Position numbers and translations under genes: made by a program. Under the pieces are notes generated by a model that worked only from the letters and a program-made list of their open reading frames with translations, did not search any database and was not told where the DNA came from. From assembly GCF_963921235.1 (NCBI RefSeq), contig NC_086097.1:95482001-95546000 (forward strand): a stretch of DNA of 64,000 nucleotides, read 5' to 3'. Each line of letters opens with the position of its first letter. Positions within the stretch are counted from its first letter, which is position 1. Origin of the DNA: Mobula hypostoma. Lineage: Eukaryota. Positions 51,062-64,000 of the stretch are shown piece by piece.

Positions 51062-54000
51062 AACTTTATTTATTAAAAAAAACCTAAGGAATAAACAGTG
51101 CAAAGTGCTGTACATTCTTTGCGTCATTTGGTCAATACATTCAGTGAAGTTGGCACATTATTTCCTCCATAGCACCATTACCACATGATCCCTGCAGTGA
51201 TGCACCTTTCCATTGTTTAAGGGACTTGTCCAACGCACTCAAACCATCAATATCCAGTAGCAGAAGGACCCCAGACTGCGGTCCTTCTCCATAAAGTCTT
51301 TGTGTTGACTGCAGCAAGCTTCAGTGTGCCCCTCATCACATCCTCCTGCAGCCTTAAATGTGTCATTGAGCAGCATTCCCTTAAGGACATCTCACTGTGC
51401 TGGAAGACCAAAAAGATTCCAACAGACTTCCACTGAGCTGATTATCTTCCAGCCGCACTTAACATCTACGTGTGTCCTCGGGAACAGCCAGCAGATCAGA
51501 CAGTTCTCTGATACCAAAAGCTCAGAATGAATGATGACAAGGACCTTTGTACCTCTCGCTGTCCTCTTAGCAAAGCTGGCTCCTCCTCAGTGCAGTCGCA
51601 CCAAAGGTAGCATTCATTGGAAGTAATAATCCAAACGTACCAAAAGACCTGACCAGAAGAGCCCCAGTCACTGCCAGCCAAGTGAGGTCTTTATACTGTT
51701 TGGCAAATTCTGGCAATGAGAGACTTTGCCATTTGATTTGAATAGAATGCTCAGGGAACTACCCTACAGTATCTATCATATCCTTGTCACACAATATTTC
51801 CAAATACTCTGTGTTGATGTCTGCCTGATGAACTTGTGGTCCACGAGGATGTTTGCTTAGAACTTTTCCACAGAGGGAGGCAGACAAGTGGGTCGCAGTT
51901 AGGAGTGGGAAGGGGAAGTGTCAGGTACTAGAGAGTACCCCAGTGGCTGTGCCCCTTGACAATAAGTACTCCTGTTTGAGTACTGTTGGGGGGGGGTCAG
52001 CTTAGCTGGGGAAGCAACAGTGGCCATGCCTCTGGCACAGAGTCCGGCCCTGTAGCTCAGAAGGGTAGGGAGAGGAAGAAGAGGGCAGTATTAATAGGGG
52101 ACTCCATAGTTAGGGGGTCAGATAGGCGATTCTGTGGGCGCAGTCAGGAGACGCAGATAGTAGTTTGCTTCCCTGGTGCCAGAGTCTGGGATGTTTCTGA
52201 TCGTGTCCAAGATAAGTGGGAGGGTGAGGAGCCAGGGGTTGTGGTACATATAGGTACCAATGACATAGATAGGAAAAGGGAAGAGGTCCAAAAAGGAGAA
52301 TATAGGGAGTTGAGAAGAAGGACCGCAAAGGTAGTAATCTCAGGATTACTGCGTGTGCCATGCGACAGTGAGAGTAGGAATGGAACGAGGTGGAGGATAA
52401 ATGCGTGGCTAAGGGATTGGAGCAGGGGGCAGGGATTCAAGTTTCTGGATCATTGGGACCTCTTTTGGCGCAGGTGTGACCTGTACAAAAAGGACGGGTT
52501 GCACTTGAATCCTAGGGGGACCAATATCCTGGTGGGGATATTTGCGAAGGCTACTGGGGAGACTTTAAACTAGAATGGTTGGGGGGTGGGAATCAAATTG
52601 AAGAGACTAGGAGAGAGGAGGTTAGTTCACAAATAGAGAAAGCTAGTAGACAGTGTGTGAGGGAGGACAGGCAGGGGACAGAGAATGGGAGCACTCAGAC
52701 CAAAGATGTAGGGGAGAAGGAAGAAAAAGATAACAAAGTTGTTTGCACCATTAGGGATAAACAGAGAGTTTCTTAAATTCATCTATTTTAATGCTAGGAG
52801 TATTGTACGAAAGGTGGATGAGCTTAGAGCATGGATTGATACCTGGAAATATGATGTTGTAGCTATTAGTGAAACATGGTTGCAGGAGGGGTGTGATTGG
52901 CAACTAAATATTCCTGGATTTTGTTGCTTCAGGTGTGATAGAATCGGAGGGGCAAGAGAGGGAGGTGTTGCATCGCTTGACAGAGAAAATATTACAGCAG
53001 TGCTTTGGCAGGATAGATTAGAGGACTCGTCTAGGGAGGCTATTTGGGTGGAATTGAGGAATGGGAAAGGTGTAGTAATGCTTATAGGGGTGTATTATAG
53101 ACCACCTAATGGGGAGCGAGAATTGGAGGAGCAAATTTGTAAGGAGATAGCAGATATTTGTAGTAAGCACAATGTTGTGATTGTGGGAGATTTTAATTTT
53201 CCACATATAGACTGGGAAACCCATTCCATAAAAGGGCTGGATGGTTTGGAGTTTGTAAAATGTGTGCAAGATAGTTTTTTGCAGCAATACATAGAGATAC
53301 CAACTAGAGAAGGGGCAATGTTGGATCTCCTGTTAGGGAATGAGATAGGTCAGGTGACGGAGGTTTGTGTTGGGGAGCACTTCGGGTCCAGTGATCACAA
53401 TGTCATTAGTTTCAATCTAATTATGGAGAATGATAGGACTGGACCCAGGATTGAGATTTTTGATTGGAGAAAGGCTAACTCTGAGGAGATGCAAAAGGAT
53501 TTAGAAGGAGTGGATTGGGACAATTTGTTTTATGGGAAGGATGTAATAGAGAAATGGAGGTCATTTAAAGGTGAAATTTTGAGGGTACGGAATCTTTATG
53601 TTCCTGTTAGGTTGAAAGGAAAGGTTAAAAGATTGAGAGATCCATGGTTTTCAAGGGATATTGGAAACTTGGTTTGGAAAAAGAGAGAGTTCTACAATAC
53701 ATATAGACAGTTTGGAGTAAATGAGGTGCTCGAGGAATATAAAGAATGTAAAAAGAATCTTAAGAAAGAAATTAGAAAAGCTAAAAGAAGATATAAGGGT
53801 GCTATGGCAAGTAAGGTGAAAATAAATCCCAAGGGTTTCTACAGTTATATTAATAGAAAAAGGATAGTGAGGGATGAAATTGGTCCCTTAGAGAATCAGA
53901 GTGGACAGCTATGTGTGAAGCCAAAAGAGATGGGGGCAGATTTTGAACAATTTTTTTTCTTCGGTTTTCACTAAGGAGAAGGATATTGAATTGTGTAAGG

Positions 54001-56600
54001 TAAGGGAAACAAGGTGGGTAGGTATGGAAACTATGATGATTAAAGAAGAGGAAGTACTGGCGCTTTTAAGGAATATAAAAGTGGATAAGTCTCCAGGTCC
54101 TGACAGGATATTCCCTAGTACCTTGAAGGAAGTTAGCGTGGAAATAGCAAGGGCTCTGACAGAACTATTTCAAATGTCATTAGAAACGGAGATGGTGCCG
54201 GAGGACTGGCGTACTGCTCATGTTATTCCATTGTTTAAAAAGGGTTCTAAGAGTAAACCTAGCAGTTATCGGCCTGTGAGTTTGACGTCAGTGGTGAGTA
54301 AATTGATGGAAAGTATTCTTAGAGATGGTATATATAATTATCTGGATAGACAGGGTCTGATTAGGAACAGTCAACATGGATTTGTACGTGGAAGGTCATG
54401 TTTGACAAATCTTATTGTATTTTTTGAAGAAGTTACTAGGAAAGTTGACGAGGGTAAAGCAGTGGATGTTGTCTATATGGACTTCAGTAAGGCCTTTGAC
54501 AAGGTTCCACATGGAAGGTTAGTTAGGAAGGTTCAATCGTTAGGCATTAATATCAAAGTAGTAAAATGGATTCAGCAGTGGCTGGATGGGAGATGCCAGA
54601 GAGTAGTGGTGGATAACTGTTTGTCAGATTGGAGGCTGGTGACTAGTGGTGTGCCTCAGGGATCTGTACTGGGTCCACTGTTATTTGTCATATATATTAA
54701 TGATCTGGATGATAGGGTGGTAAATTGGATAAGTAAGTATGCAGATGATACTAAGATAGGTGGAGTTGTGGATAATGAAGTAGGTTTTCAAAGCTTGCAG
54801 AGAAATTTAGGCCAGTTAGAAGAGTGGGCTGAAAGATGGCAAGATGGAGTTTAATGCTGATAAATATGAGGTGCTACATTTTGGTAGGACTAATCAAAAT
54901 AGGACATACATGGTAAATTTTAGGGCATTGGAGAATGCAGTAGAACAGAGGGATCTCGGAATAATGGTGCATAGTTCCCTGAAGGTGGAAGCTCATGTGG
55001 ATAGGGTGGTGAAGAAAGCTTTTGGTATGCTGGCCTTTATAAATCAGAGCATTGAGTATAGGAGTTGGGATGTAATGTTGAAATTGTACAAGGCATTGGT
55101 AAGGCCAAATTTGGAGTATTGTGTACAGTTCTGGTCACTGAATTATAGGAAAGATGTCAACAAAATTGAGAGAGTACAGAGGAGATTTAAATAGAATGTT
55201 ACCTGGGTTTCATCTCCTAAGTTACAGAGAAAGGTTGAACAAGTTGGGTCTTTATTCTTTGCAGCGTAGAAGGTTGAGGGGGGACTTGATAGAGGTATTT
55301 AAAATTATGAGGGGGATAGATAGAGTTGACGTGGATAGGCTTTTTCCATTGAGAGTGGGGGAGATTCAAACAAGAGGACATGAGTTCAGAGTTAAAGGGC
55401 AAAAGTTTCGGGGTAACATTAGGGGGAACCTCTTTACTCAGAGAGTGGTAGCTGTGTGGAACAAGCTTCCAGCAGAAGTGGTTGAGGCAGGTTCGATGTT
55501 GTCATTTGAAGTTAAATAGAGGGTTAAATGGAATGGACGGTTATGGGCTGAGTGCAGGTCGGTGGGACTCGGTGAGAGTAAGAGTTCGGCACGGACTAGA
55601 AGGGCCGAGATGGCCTGTTTCCGTGCTTTAATTGTTACATGGTTACATAAAGACAGGAGGTGAGGTAATGTCCAACTGACTGGACCATTGTACGACAATG
55701 GAGCCAGAAACATCCTTCAAACACTGGGGACAAGTCGAACCTCAACACCTGCTGACATTGACATCTTTGGTCCCAAGCACAACTTGGTGCAGACATCAGG
55801 CTGAGCTGGATATTGAGTATGTTGTTGACCATGTTGTCCAGAGATTTGCACATCCTGACCCATCAAATTCAATGGATCCACGGAGGAATCTGAAGCCTGG
55901 GCAGAGGAGTAGGACAAGACACACCTGCACCAAGTACAACAGCACAAAAAGCATTTTGCCCCTGATAAACAGGTTCTTCCCAGATATTGAGAGGGAGCAT
56001 TATTCCCACAGTCCCAATTTTTGTTTAACCGTTCCTTTCTGCTCAAATCAATTCTTGCAACACATCTCAGCCCCTCCTAACCTGATCCCCAGCATCTTCA
56101 AGTAGTCAGATCTAATGTCAAAGGGAATGGTGAACTGGTCAGGCCAACCGCCAGAGCATGGTCTTGCTTTCCCTGCAGTTTAACTCTGGCATCTGATGTC
56201 AACTCAAACCGGACACAGATGCTGGATCAGAACAGAAGACAATAATGACTTCCATGCAGAGGGAAGTTCTGACCTGAATGCTTCCACTGCTTGGTAATGT
56301 CATCCCTCTTATGCTCTCATCCTTCCTGGTGGATTTGTCAAAGAATTCTATGCAACACACAAATAAGACATGTTAGAGTGGACAATCCTGCCAAGACTAG
56401 ACGTTATGGAGTAACTATCTGTTTCCCACCCACTGATTTGGACTGCATACAAGTATGCGTCAGACAGTTGGATCCAATCCCTGATCCTCACCCGAAAGCC
56501 CATTTTGGACGGCACATCCATTGTGTACATGTGTGATATCCTGTTGCAGGCCTTCCCCTGTTCCAAACTGACCATGGTAACATAGATGCTGACATACTAA
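51062..56600 (-). mobile_element. Old L1/Tx1-like LINE remnant split by the CR1 at 51873-55648
   Basis: Degenerate LINE-like sequence on both sides of the CR1, with a poly(A)-signal-like end near 51065. No clean ORF; family assigned from nucleotide resemblance only. Confidence 0.4.
51873..55648 (+). mobile_element. Near full-length CR1 LINE: ORF1 SGNH esterase (51986-52573) and disrupted ORF2 (~52770-55519)
   Basis: ORF1 has VLIGDSIVRG, VVHIGTND and DGLHLN. ORF2 has YFNARSI, ISETW, YYRPP, GDFN, SDHN, DFSKAFDKV, GVPQGSVLGP and KYADD. Frameshifts at ~53945 and ~54845, stop at 55192-55194; (ATGGTTAC)-type tail. Confidence 0.95.
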
Positions 56601-57619
56601 AAAGCATGATGAAATTTATCCTTCATGTCCACCTTCACCAAGAAGTGGCTCTCAAGATGTAGAAAACATCCACGGCATAAAACTGCATCTCTACTTAAGT
56701 GATATATCCCAAGTTCTGTGTTCCTTTGACCATCCCACTCCCAAATTTCCCTCAGATAAATGGGTCATGAGCAAAAACAAACAGCTCAACATTACCATCC
56801 AGTGACTGAAATGAGCCATTGCATGATTAAACTTAAATTTTAAAAAATTGAAAGTGAGTCTTAAAAAGTCTACAGTAATAAAAAAATAAGAATACAGTGA
56901 AAAGCAAAGGGAAAAGGGAGGAGCTTCTTACACATCCTTTAACATTTTTTTGTTTCTAAGATTCTCCTGGCGGTGGGACAAATAAAAACAGTGAATGAAT
57001 GCACAAACATCAAGAGGGAAAGAATAAAAGATGAAGATCACTAATAGAGCAAACAGTGCTGGACAAAAATGAAACAGAACAGACAGACAAACTCTGGTAA
57101 GTACAGTCACACACAAAGAGACAACTTATCTAAATGGGGAAAATCGAGCAAGAGTTGGAGAAAATATTATAAGCTGGGAAGGTAATTAAAACAAAAAAGA
57201 GACAAAAACAATCTAAAGCATCATAAGAACTGGCAATACATGAGCTGTCAATGATAGCAATTTCCTAGCTTATTTTACTCCCTCCAAATACACGGCAATA
57301 ATTTGTGGAGTTTCACACTGGAAAAACTCACACAATTAATTGACAGAATCCCAAAATGTTACAGCCACATGCTCTGCTCCAAATTCTGGAATAACTTTGA
57401 CACTGGGTAAAGATATCACTCAATGAAGAATTGTGCAAAACCTTTCACAAAGTCTCCCAGATTTAAGCCCTAGTCTGTGCAGGGTTCTAGGACCTCATAA
57501 ATAGCGTTTGGAGAGATGAAATGCACCACAGTGCTCTGAGGGGGAAAAAAGATCAACTCGGCAAAATGTCCTGTTGTACATACGCAGGTATCCTATTATC
57601 CAGTTTTGGAAAATAGTTT

Positions 57620-59665
57620 GTATGTTCCGACCCCTTTCTGCACCACTCAACAACTTTCATCATTACACTGATAACTGCACTGATACTCCTTTTGCACAAG
57701 TGCAGAACTCAATTTTATCACTTCCATCACCAATTTCCATTCTTCTCTCAAACTCATATGGACCATTTCTGACAGTTCTCTCCCTTTTCCAGATCTCACT
57801 GTCTCCATCTCAGAAGACAAACTATCCACTGATATTTTTACTATAAACCCACCAACTTCCCAGTTACTTCGACTGCACCTTTTCACATCCTGTCTCTTGT
57901 TAGGACACCATTCCTTTCTTCCAGTTTCACTATGCCTGCCACATCTGCTCTCAAGATGAGGCTTTCTGTTGTGGGACATCTGAAATGTCCTCCTTTTTCA
58001 GGAAGCATGGCTTCCCTTCTTCTGTGGTTGGTGGAACCCAATCTTGCATTACCTGTTTCTCATACTTCCGCTCTCACTGTTTTCTTCCCACACAGAAGAG
58101 ACATTCTGTTTCCCTTGTCCTTACCTTCCACCCCATGAGCCTCCATATTCATGATTACCATCTGACTGTTTAATTCGTAAATTAACTGTTTAATTGTTAT
58201 TTTCTTTGCAGCTTAACAATTATCTGCTTGTATATTAAGTACAGTAACTTGTATATGCATATGGAAATTTAATATGCCTCCAGTGGTTATACAAAGTATA
58301 ATTCTGGAAAGCTCTGGAAGCTTCTTTGTACAGCATTATTTGAATAATGACTTTCTAATTGGTTAACTCTTATCTATAAATATGAATAGAATTTTCCTTA
58401 TCTGTTGGTATAAAATAGCTAAACACAAAGCAGCTCCATCTTCTTCACAATTTAGTCTCTCGTCTTGAAGCCTTCTGCTACTAGCTTCTGATCCTGTTTC
58501 CTTGTTTAATTAAAGCTGAATAAACTGATCTTGAAACATCAAGTTTTGTACCTCTTTTGTGACTGCTGAAAGAAACTTGGATTAAGATATCAGAATCCAA
58601 CACCAAACTTTATCATTTCTGCCAGCAGCAATCTGATCCCACCACCAGCGACGTCTTCTCCTCCCCACCCCTTTCCAACTTCTACAGGGACAACTCCTTC
58701 CATGACTCCTGATCCGCTCATCCCTTCACACCCATCCCTCCCTTATCCCTGGCTCTTCCCCCTGCCCTTGCAATAGATGCGACACTTGCCTCGCACCTCC
58801 CCACTTCAGCACCATCCAGGGACCAAAACAGTACTTCCACGTGAGGCAAATGTTCACATGCATTTTCTACAACCTTGCCTGTTGCATATTTGGTGCTGTT
58901 TTGCAGAACGCCTACGCTCGGTCTGCAATGGCCATCCCAAGTTCCAGTTGCTGACCATTTCCCCTCTCGATTACCACAATGACCAATCTATCCTTTGCCT
59001 TCCCTACCACCAGGATAAAGCCCAACTCAACACCTTATATTCATGCAACCCAATAGCATGAATGTTGAGATTTCCTATATTAGATAAATTCCACCCACCT
59101 TTTATCTTCCCCCTTCCCTCCCATTGATCCTCTAGTTCTCAATTTGTTGTCTCCCTTCCCATCCTCCACCCAGCCTCACATCAGCCATCTTTGTCCCTTC
59201 CCCTTTCTCCATCCATCAACTTCACACATAGGATCCTGCTCCCCACCACACACACTCCTCCAATCTGGCTCCAACTGGTGCTCGCCTCTCTCTTCCTCTC
59301 TAATAGTTCCATCCTTTACCAGAAGAACTGGTGCTTCTGTTTAACTCCCTCCAGAAGCTGCATCCCACCTTCACACTCCCTTTCCCTTACCTTGCTCCAG
59401 CTGTTGTTATTTTCTTTTCCTCTCTGTCTGCCTCTATCTATCACTCACCTGGCACAGTCTTCCAACTCCATTCCAACTCACCTCCCCTACCTGCCTGTCA
59501 TCTTACACACAACAGTCCAGCAATCACCTCAGAGTCCTAACCCATTCGCCTTCTCTCTATGCCTCTCACTTTCAATCCTAATGCAGGGTTTCGGCCTGAA
59601 ACAGTGACAATTTCTTTCCTCCCACCAAAGCTACTCAACCCACTGAGTTCTTCCAGCAGATAGTG
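57620..59665 (+). mobile_element. Old decayed PLE, interrupted at ~58167-58602
   Basis: Remnants MSSFFRKHGFPSSVV, SLVLTFHPMSLHI, FAERLRSVC; pyrimidine UTR; degenerate terminus GGGTTTCGGCCTGAAAC. Confidence 0.75.
58167..58602 (+). mobile_element. Possible solo LTR
   Basis: AT-rich block interrupting the PLE; starts TGTT, ends AACA, with TATAAAA (~58409) and ATTAAA/AATAAA (~58509-58524). No clear TSD. Confidence 0.4.
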
Positions 59666-60254
59666 TGATTCCTATGTGCAGAAATGGTTCCTTTGTACAC
59701 TGTCACAGTTTTCCTCTAAATAGTGTGAATGAAGTAGTGGATAGTTTCTCAAGCCAGTTAGCAGTCTGGCAAGTTAGTGATAACACTATTTTTTGTACTT
59801 TCCGTTCAGTACCCCCCCCCCCCAAGATCAGTATGAAGTAGTGGAAGGAATCAAAGGCTGATTAATGGTCTGGCAGGCTACAATGTTATCGTCCTACACA
59901 GCTGTATCCACTGGTTAGAGGTTTCATTCTGCATGTTCCAGAACCCAGAGCCAAAGCTCCAGTCTCCAGTCCAAATCAAAAGGCGGATTTGAATCCTTTA
60001 CTTTTTGCCTCAATTAGTCCTGAAACCAAAATAAATTCTAGTAATGATTGACTGATAAACATTAAAACAACTGCCAAAAGCTGACAGGAATATTCTCTCT
60101 CATCAATAAAATTTCTGCAACAGCTAAGCATGCAGAATGTTCATTTTGGTTGGATGCAGCAGAGAAGCTTCCAAAATATGCCTATGAATTGTTGAGCAAT
60201 CCCACGCCTATTGGGTGTACTCATTCATGGAGAGATTGTCATGAGATTCTCTGC

Positions 60255-60665
60255 CTTATGAACTCGGCCTTTTTTCCTTGGAGTGACGGAGGATGAGTGG
60301 TGACCTGATAGAGGTGTATAAGATGATAAGAGGCATTGACTGTGTGGATAGTCAGAGGCTTTTTCCCAGGGGTGAAATGGCTAGCACGAGAGGGCACAGT
60401 TTTAAGGTGCTTGGAAGTAGGTACAGAGGAGATGTCAGGGGTAAGCTTTTTTTACGCAGAAAGTGGTGAGTGCGTGGAATGGGCTGCCGGCGACGGTGGT
60501 GGAGGCGGAAACGATAGGGTCTTTTAAGAGACTCCTGAACAGGTATATGGAGCTCAGAAAAATAGAGGGCTATGGGTAACCCTAGGTAATTTCTCAGGTA
60601 AGGACATGTTCAGTACAGCTTTGTGGGCCGAAGGGGCTGTATTGTGCTATAGGTTTTCTATGTTT
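60255..60665 (+). mobile_element. CR1 3' end
   Basis: GDLIEVYKMIRGID coding remnant; UTR ending TTTTCTATGTTTC. Confidence 0.8.
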
Positions 60666-61919
60666 CCAAAATACTACAATAAAAACACAGGTGAAAAAGG
60701 GATTGAAAGAAATCAAAGGTTATACAAAAGAAAGTTTTAAAAATTCTAAAAAGTCACTTGTTTGAGATTGTGTAAGCAAACACAAATTTTGAGTATTGTA
60801 TTTGGCAAAGCAATTAACTCACCCCAATGAACAAAAAACAAGAAGAAATTCTATCTGATGGTTTTCTACTGGTACCTCACATCAAATCCCATTCATGCTT
60901 GAGTAAAGCAACAGCATGAATGATTAAAAAGGAATTTATTGCTGTAAGGGCCAATGCCAATCTTTAACACCATTTCTAACAGAAGACATTAGTCCGCAGC
61001 ACTTAGTCCTCTAAAAACATGGCAAGTACATTTCAAATTACAGCACAGTTCCACCAGCCAGCTTGTAGAGTAACTCCACTAACATATAACAGCAATGGAG
61101 CTCTTAAACCATTTTCTTAGATTCTCTGGGCTACTGGTTGAAAATGCCTGTCAGTTCCACACAAAAACATCACATTAATTATAAATCATATGTCTATTGT
61201 TAAATTGAATGGACATAATGAATGGATAAAAACCTTTATTCCAGTTAAGCTGGAACACATTGAAAAGAAAGCTGATTTTTTTAACGTTGTATGCACTAGG
61301 AACTGTGCATGTAACCCAGTTGTGGCAACTATACACAGTTCAATACAAAAATTAATATTTAATTCCAAGAGGTTTTAAATTTGTAGCTGGTTGTAATCTC
61401 AATGACTTGCTCAAACTTCATCTTGCCAAGTGTTACTGCATCTACTGGGAGACTGGAAAGGAAGCAGGCAGGGGAGTGGAGCAACCACTGAGGAGAAAAT
61501 CGCCGTTATATTATTAACAGAATGGCACTCCACCAAGATCATCATTACCATCACTATTCAAGCAGATTCATCACATCACATTAAATACTTATTACAAGAA
61601 ATCTTTGCCCTTAACATAAACATTCTAAAACTCCCATAGCAGCAAGAGTTCAAAAACAAATATAATGAGAAATAGTATAAGAAAAGTGGGGGCATGTTTT
61701 ACGAGAGCAATAAGGTAATTATAGCTCTGTGCAGAACAATGAGTGGACAGGTATGAAACTGTGGTAGGATGTCTCCATCAGCACATCATCATTTGTCACT
61801 CATCCACCCAAAAGTTGAAGGACAACCATTCAACCCACATAGTGAACAATCCAGGACTAACAAGCATTGTTTTAAATTCAAATAATCATTTTGTTTTTCT
61901 GGAAGAATCGAAGGCTTAC

Positions 61920-62103
61920 CGGAATGGAGAATTCTTCTGCCAAATACTTTAGCATTGCAGCTTCGCTCAATAGCAGGTTACTGCGCTCTGAAAGGTTACC
62001 CTGAAGTTGCGTGTCAAATTCCTTTCGAATGACTGACGCAACCGAATCCACTACAATCAATTTCACCCCTTTCAAGATAACATCATCTTCCAGGGACTCG
62101 ACT
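61920..62103 (-). CDS. RAD51B: RAD51B internal coding exon (Walker B region; equivalent to human exon 7)
   Basis: Minus strand reads pyrimidine tract-ctag|A GTC GAG...ATT CCG|gtaagc, 184 bp. Translation (R)VESLEDDVILKGVKLIVVDSVASVIRKEFDTQLQGNLSERSNLLLSEAAMLKYLAEEFSIP matches RAD51B as I recall it (IESLEEEIISKGIKLVILDSVASVVRKEFDAQLQGNLKERNKFLAREASSLKYLAEEFSIP). Confidence 0.95.
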
Positions 62104-63689
62104 CTAGTTTTAGAAAAAGGGAGGGAGAAGGAATAGAAATCATCACAAATCCTTTAACATTCAAAAGTGGAGAGTTGGCTGATTCCTGAGCTAAGGATTA
62201 TCCTTTCATAGTGGCCAAAAAAATTAGATCCACATTCTTTTCGAGTTTAGAAAAATACAAAATCTTAATGAAATAGAAAAGATCCTTCCTGATATGATAG
62301 AGTAGATGTCAAGATGTTTCCATGAAGAATCTCAAATATGGGTATACATTTATGAAATAGAGTGGTAGAGTCCTACAGCATGGAAACTGGCCCTTCGGCC
62401 CAACATATCCATGCCGACTGCATTGCCCAGAGAGCTGGACCCACCTGCCAGCATTTGGCCTAGAGACTTCTAAATTCCTCCTAACCACATACTTATCCAG
62501 ATAGCTTTTCAAAGTTGCTAATGTGTCCACCTCAACCACTATTTCTAGCAGCTCATTCCAAATATGTGTCATATTTTGCATGAAGTAGTTGACCCTTTTG
62601 TGTCCCTTTTAAATCTCTCACCTCTGACGTTAAACCTATGCCCTCTTGTTTTTAGCACCCTATCCCTTACTTGCAGGACATGATAAATGTCTGGAATTCT
62701 CTGCCACAAATGGTCATGAAAAATAGATCATTGTGGGTATTAAGAGGAAATAGGAAGTTTGTGCAAGACTGAGGGAACTGGCACAGAAAATGAGATAATA
62801 TCTGGGGCATATCAACCATAATGAATGGCAAAGCCTGTCTGATGGGCAAAGTGACCTACCCTGCTCCCATTTTCTTATGTTTTTAAGATGGGAATGTGGG
62901 AAGACAAGGTATCTTTCTATCTCCCTGCAGAATATTTCACTTTAAAGATATTCTTTAGCCTTGAAACAAAGCTAGTCCACCAAGATAAGGTATCAACTAT
63001 GAAATCCAATGTTCACACACAGAGGTAGTTTCATGATAGGGAAGGTCACTCAGTCATGATTGTCACACAGCTTTGCAGATTTGATATTAAAAATCAAATC
63101 AGCCAACTGCAGGTTAGGCTCAAGGGACCAAGTGACTGATTTCTGCTCCTAATTCATTGCTCTATTCCCATGTCAAAAGACGGCTACAGAATGAACCTTG
63201 GGAATTTCTTCTTTGCTCCCTAGTGGGGTGGAGAACTGAGCATTTATCATATCTCCATGCAGACACTAGCTAGTTCACAACAAGCAACTGGGTAACATGA
63301 AATTTAAATAAAAAGGAAATCTATGCAGATTTTAGTGAACACAAAAAATCTGCATTTCCACCAGAATTTGCTTTCAGTCATTCTACACTCATTTCTTGGA
63401 TCATTACAAGTTTCCCAAAAACACCACATAAAAGTACTTCAGGTCCCACTTTGATACATAGCTGTTTCATCAACATCCTCACAACCTTCCCTCTGATTTT
63501 CCAACGGGGAGGGGGAGATTTCCCACAACTAAAATGAGAAAACCAGATCCATCAATTTTTATCTCCCTTCTTTAATAATATGCCTCTCCCTGGGCACCAC
63601 CTCTGCAAGTTTATCATAAGGACTAGGACAAGACTTGCGATCTGGACGGAGTTAGCTGATCTCAGTCAGAGTACAAGTAGTAAGCTATC

Positions 63690-64000
63690 TTCTCCGTGGA
63701 TTGTCACCTTGTCGTGGTGGAGAAGCTTGTGTGGTCCTGTGATCCCGAGAGCGATGCCGTCTGGAGCTATGCTCCTGGTAGGGTCACCCATGGCAGTAAG
63801 GTCGAGGGTGAGATCTCCGACAAAGAACAATCCAACCAAGACCTCAACGGTGGAACAGGCGGACGAAGTTACTTCGAACTCAACGGCTGTGAAGGCGGAT
63901 GAAGGCTGCAACAAATCCATCAGCTCCAATTGTCGTGGTTTCCATGCCATTGGAATCAGTTGGTTGATTTGTGAAGTATCATGTGCTTCTTGGATTTCAA
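63690..64000 (+). mobile_element. RTE-clade (Expander/BovB-like) LINE 5' end
   Basis: CACCTTGTCGTGGTGGAGAAGCTTG...GCTCCTGGTAGGGTCACCCATGGC...GACAAAG resembles the conserved 5' UTR of vertebrate RTE elements as recalled. Confidence 0.65.

Larger units (their letters stand above)
1..61919 (-). other. RAD51B: Probable RAD51B intron following the exon (large intron)
   Basis: Donor GTAAGC starts at 61919 on the minus strand. I did not find the next expected exon (VILTNQITTH...) in the window. The equivalent mammalian intron is very large. Confidence 0.7.

Noticed and set aside
51873..55648. Active autonomous CR1
   Set aside because: ORF2 has two frameshifts and an in-frame stop, and the 5' end of ORF1 is missing.
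62104..64000. Upstream RAD51B exon
   Set aside because: No matching translation with splice sites was found by eye; the region is mostly CR1 and RTE remnants.

Overview
Repeat-rich vertebrate DNA, most likely from a cartilaginous fish (inferred from CR1, Penelope-like, Rex1/Babar, RTE and V-SINE content). The only clear host coding sequence is one 184-bp RAD51B exon on the minus strand (61920-62103), so the rest of the window is probably the very large following intron. The most notable structure is a ~13.1-kb block (27196-40296) bounded by two outward-facing Penelope-like element (PLE) 3' ends, each with a minimal hammerhead ribozyme. An identical 14-bp direct repeat (ACATTACAGGCAAG) flanks it. 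Its cargo includes unspliced pieces of another gene: a phospholipase C-delta PH-domain exon and an ORF with a signal anchor and 14 x 11-aa repeats. It also holds RTE, PLE and CR1 fragments and a young nested CR1 with its own 5-bp TSD. Smaller PLE insertions with similar termini and 8-15-bp TSDs occur elsewhere in the window and act as internal controls. Family assignments come from motif recognition, not database searches, and boundaries of old repeats are approximate.
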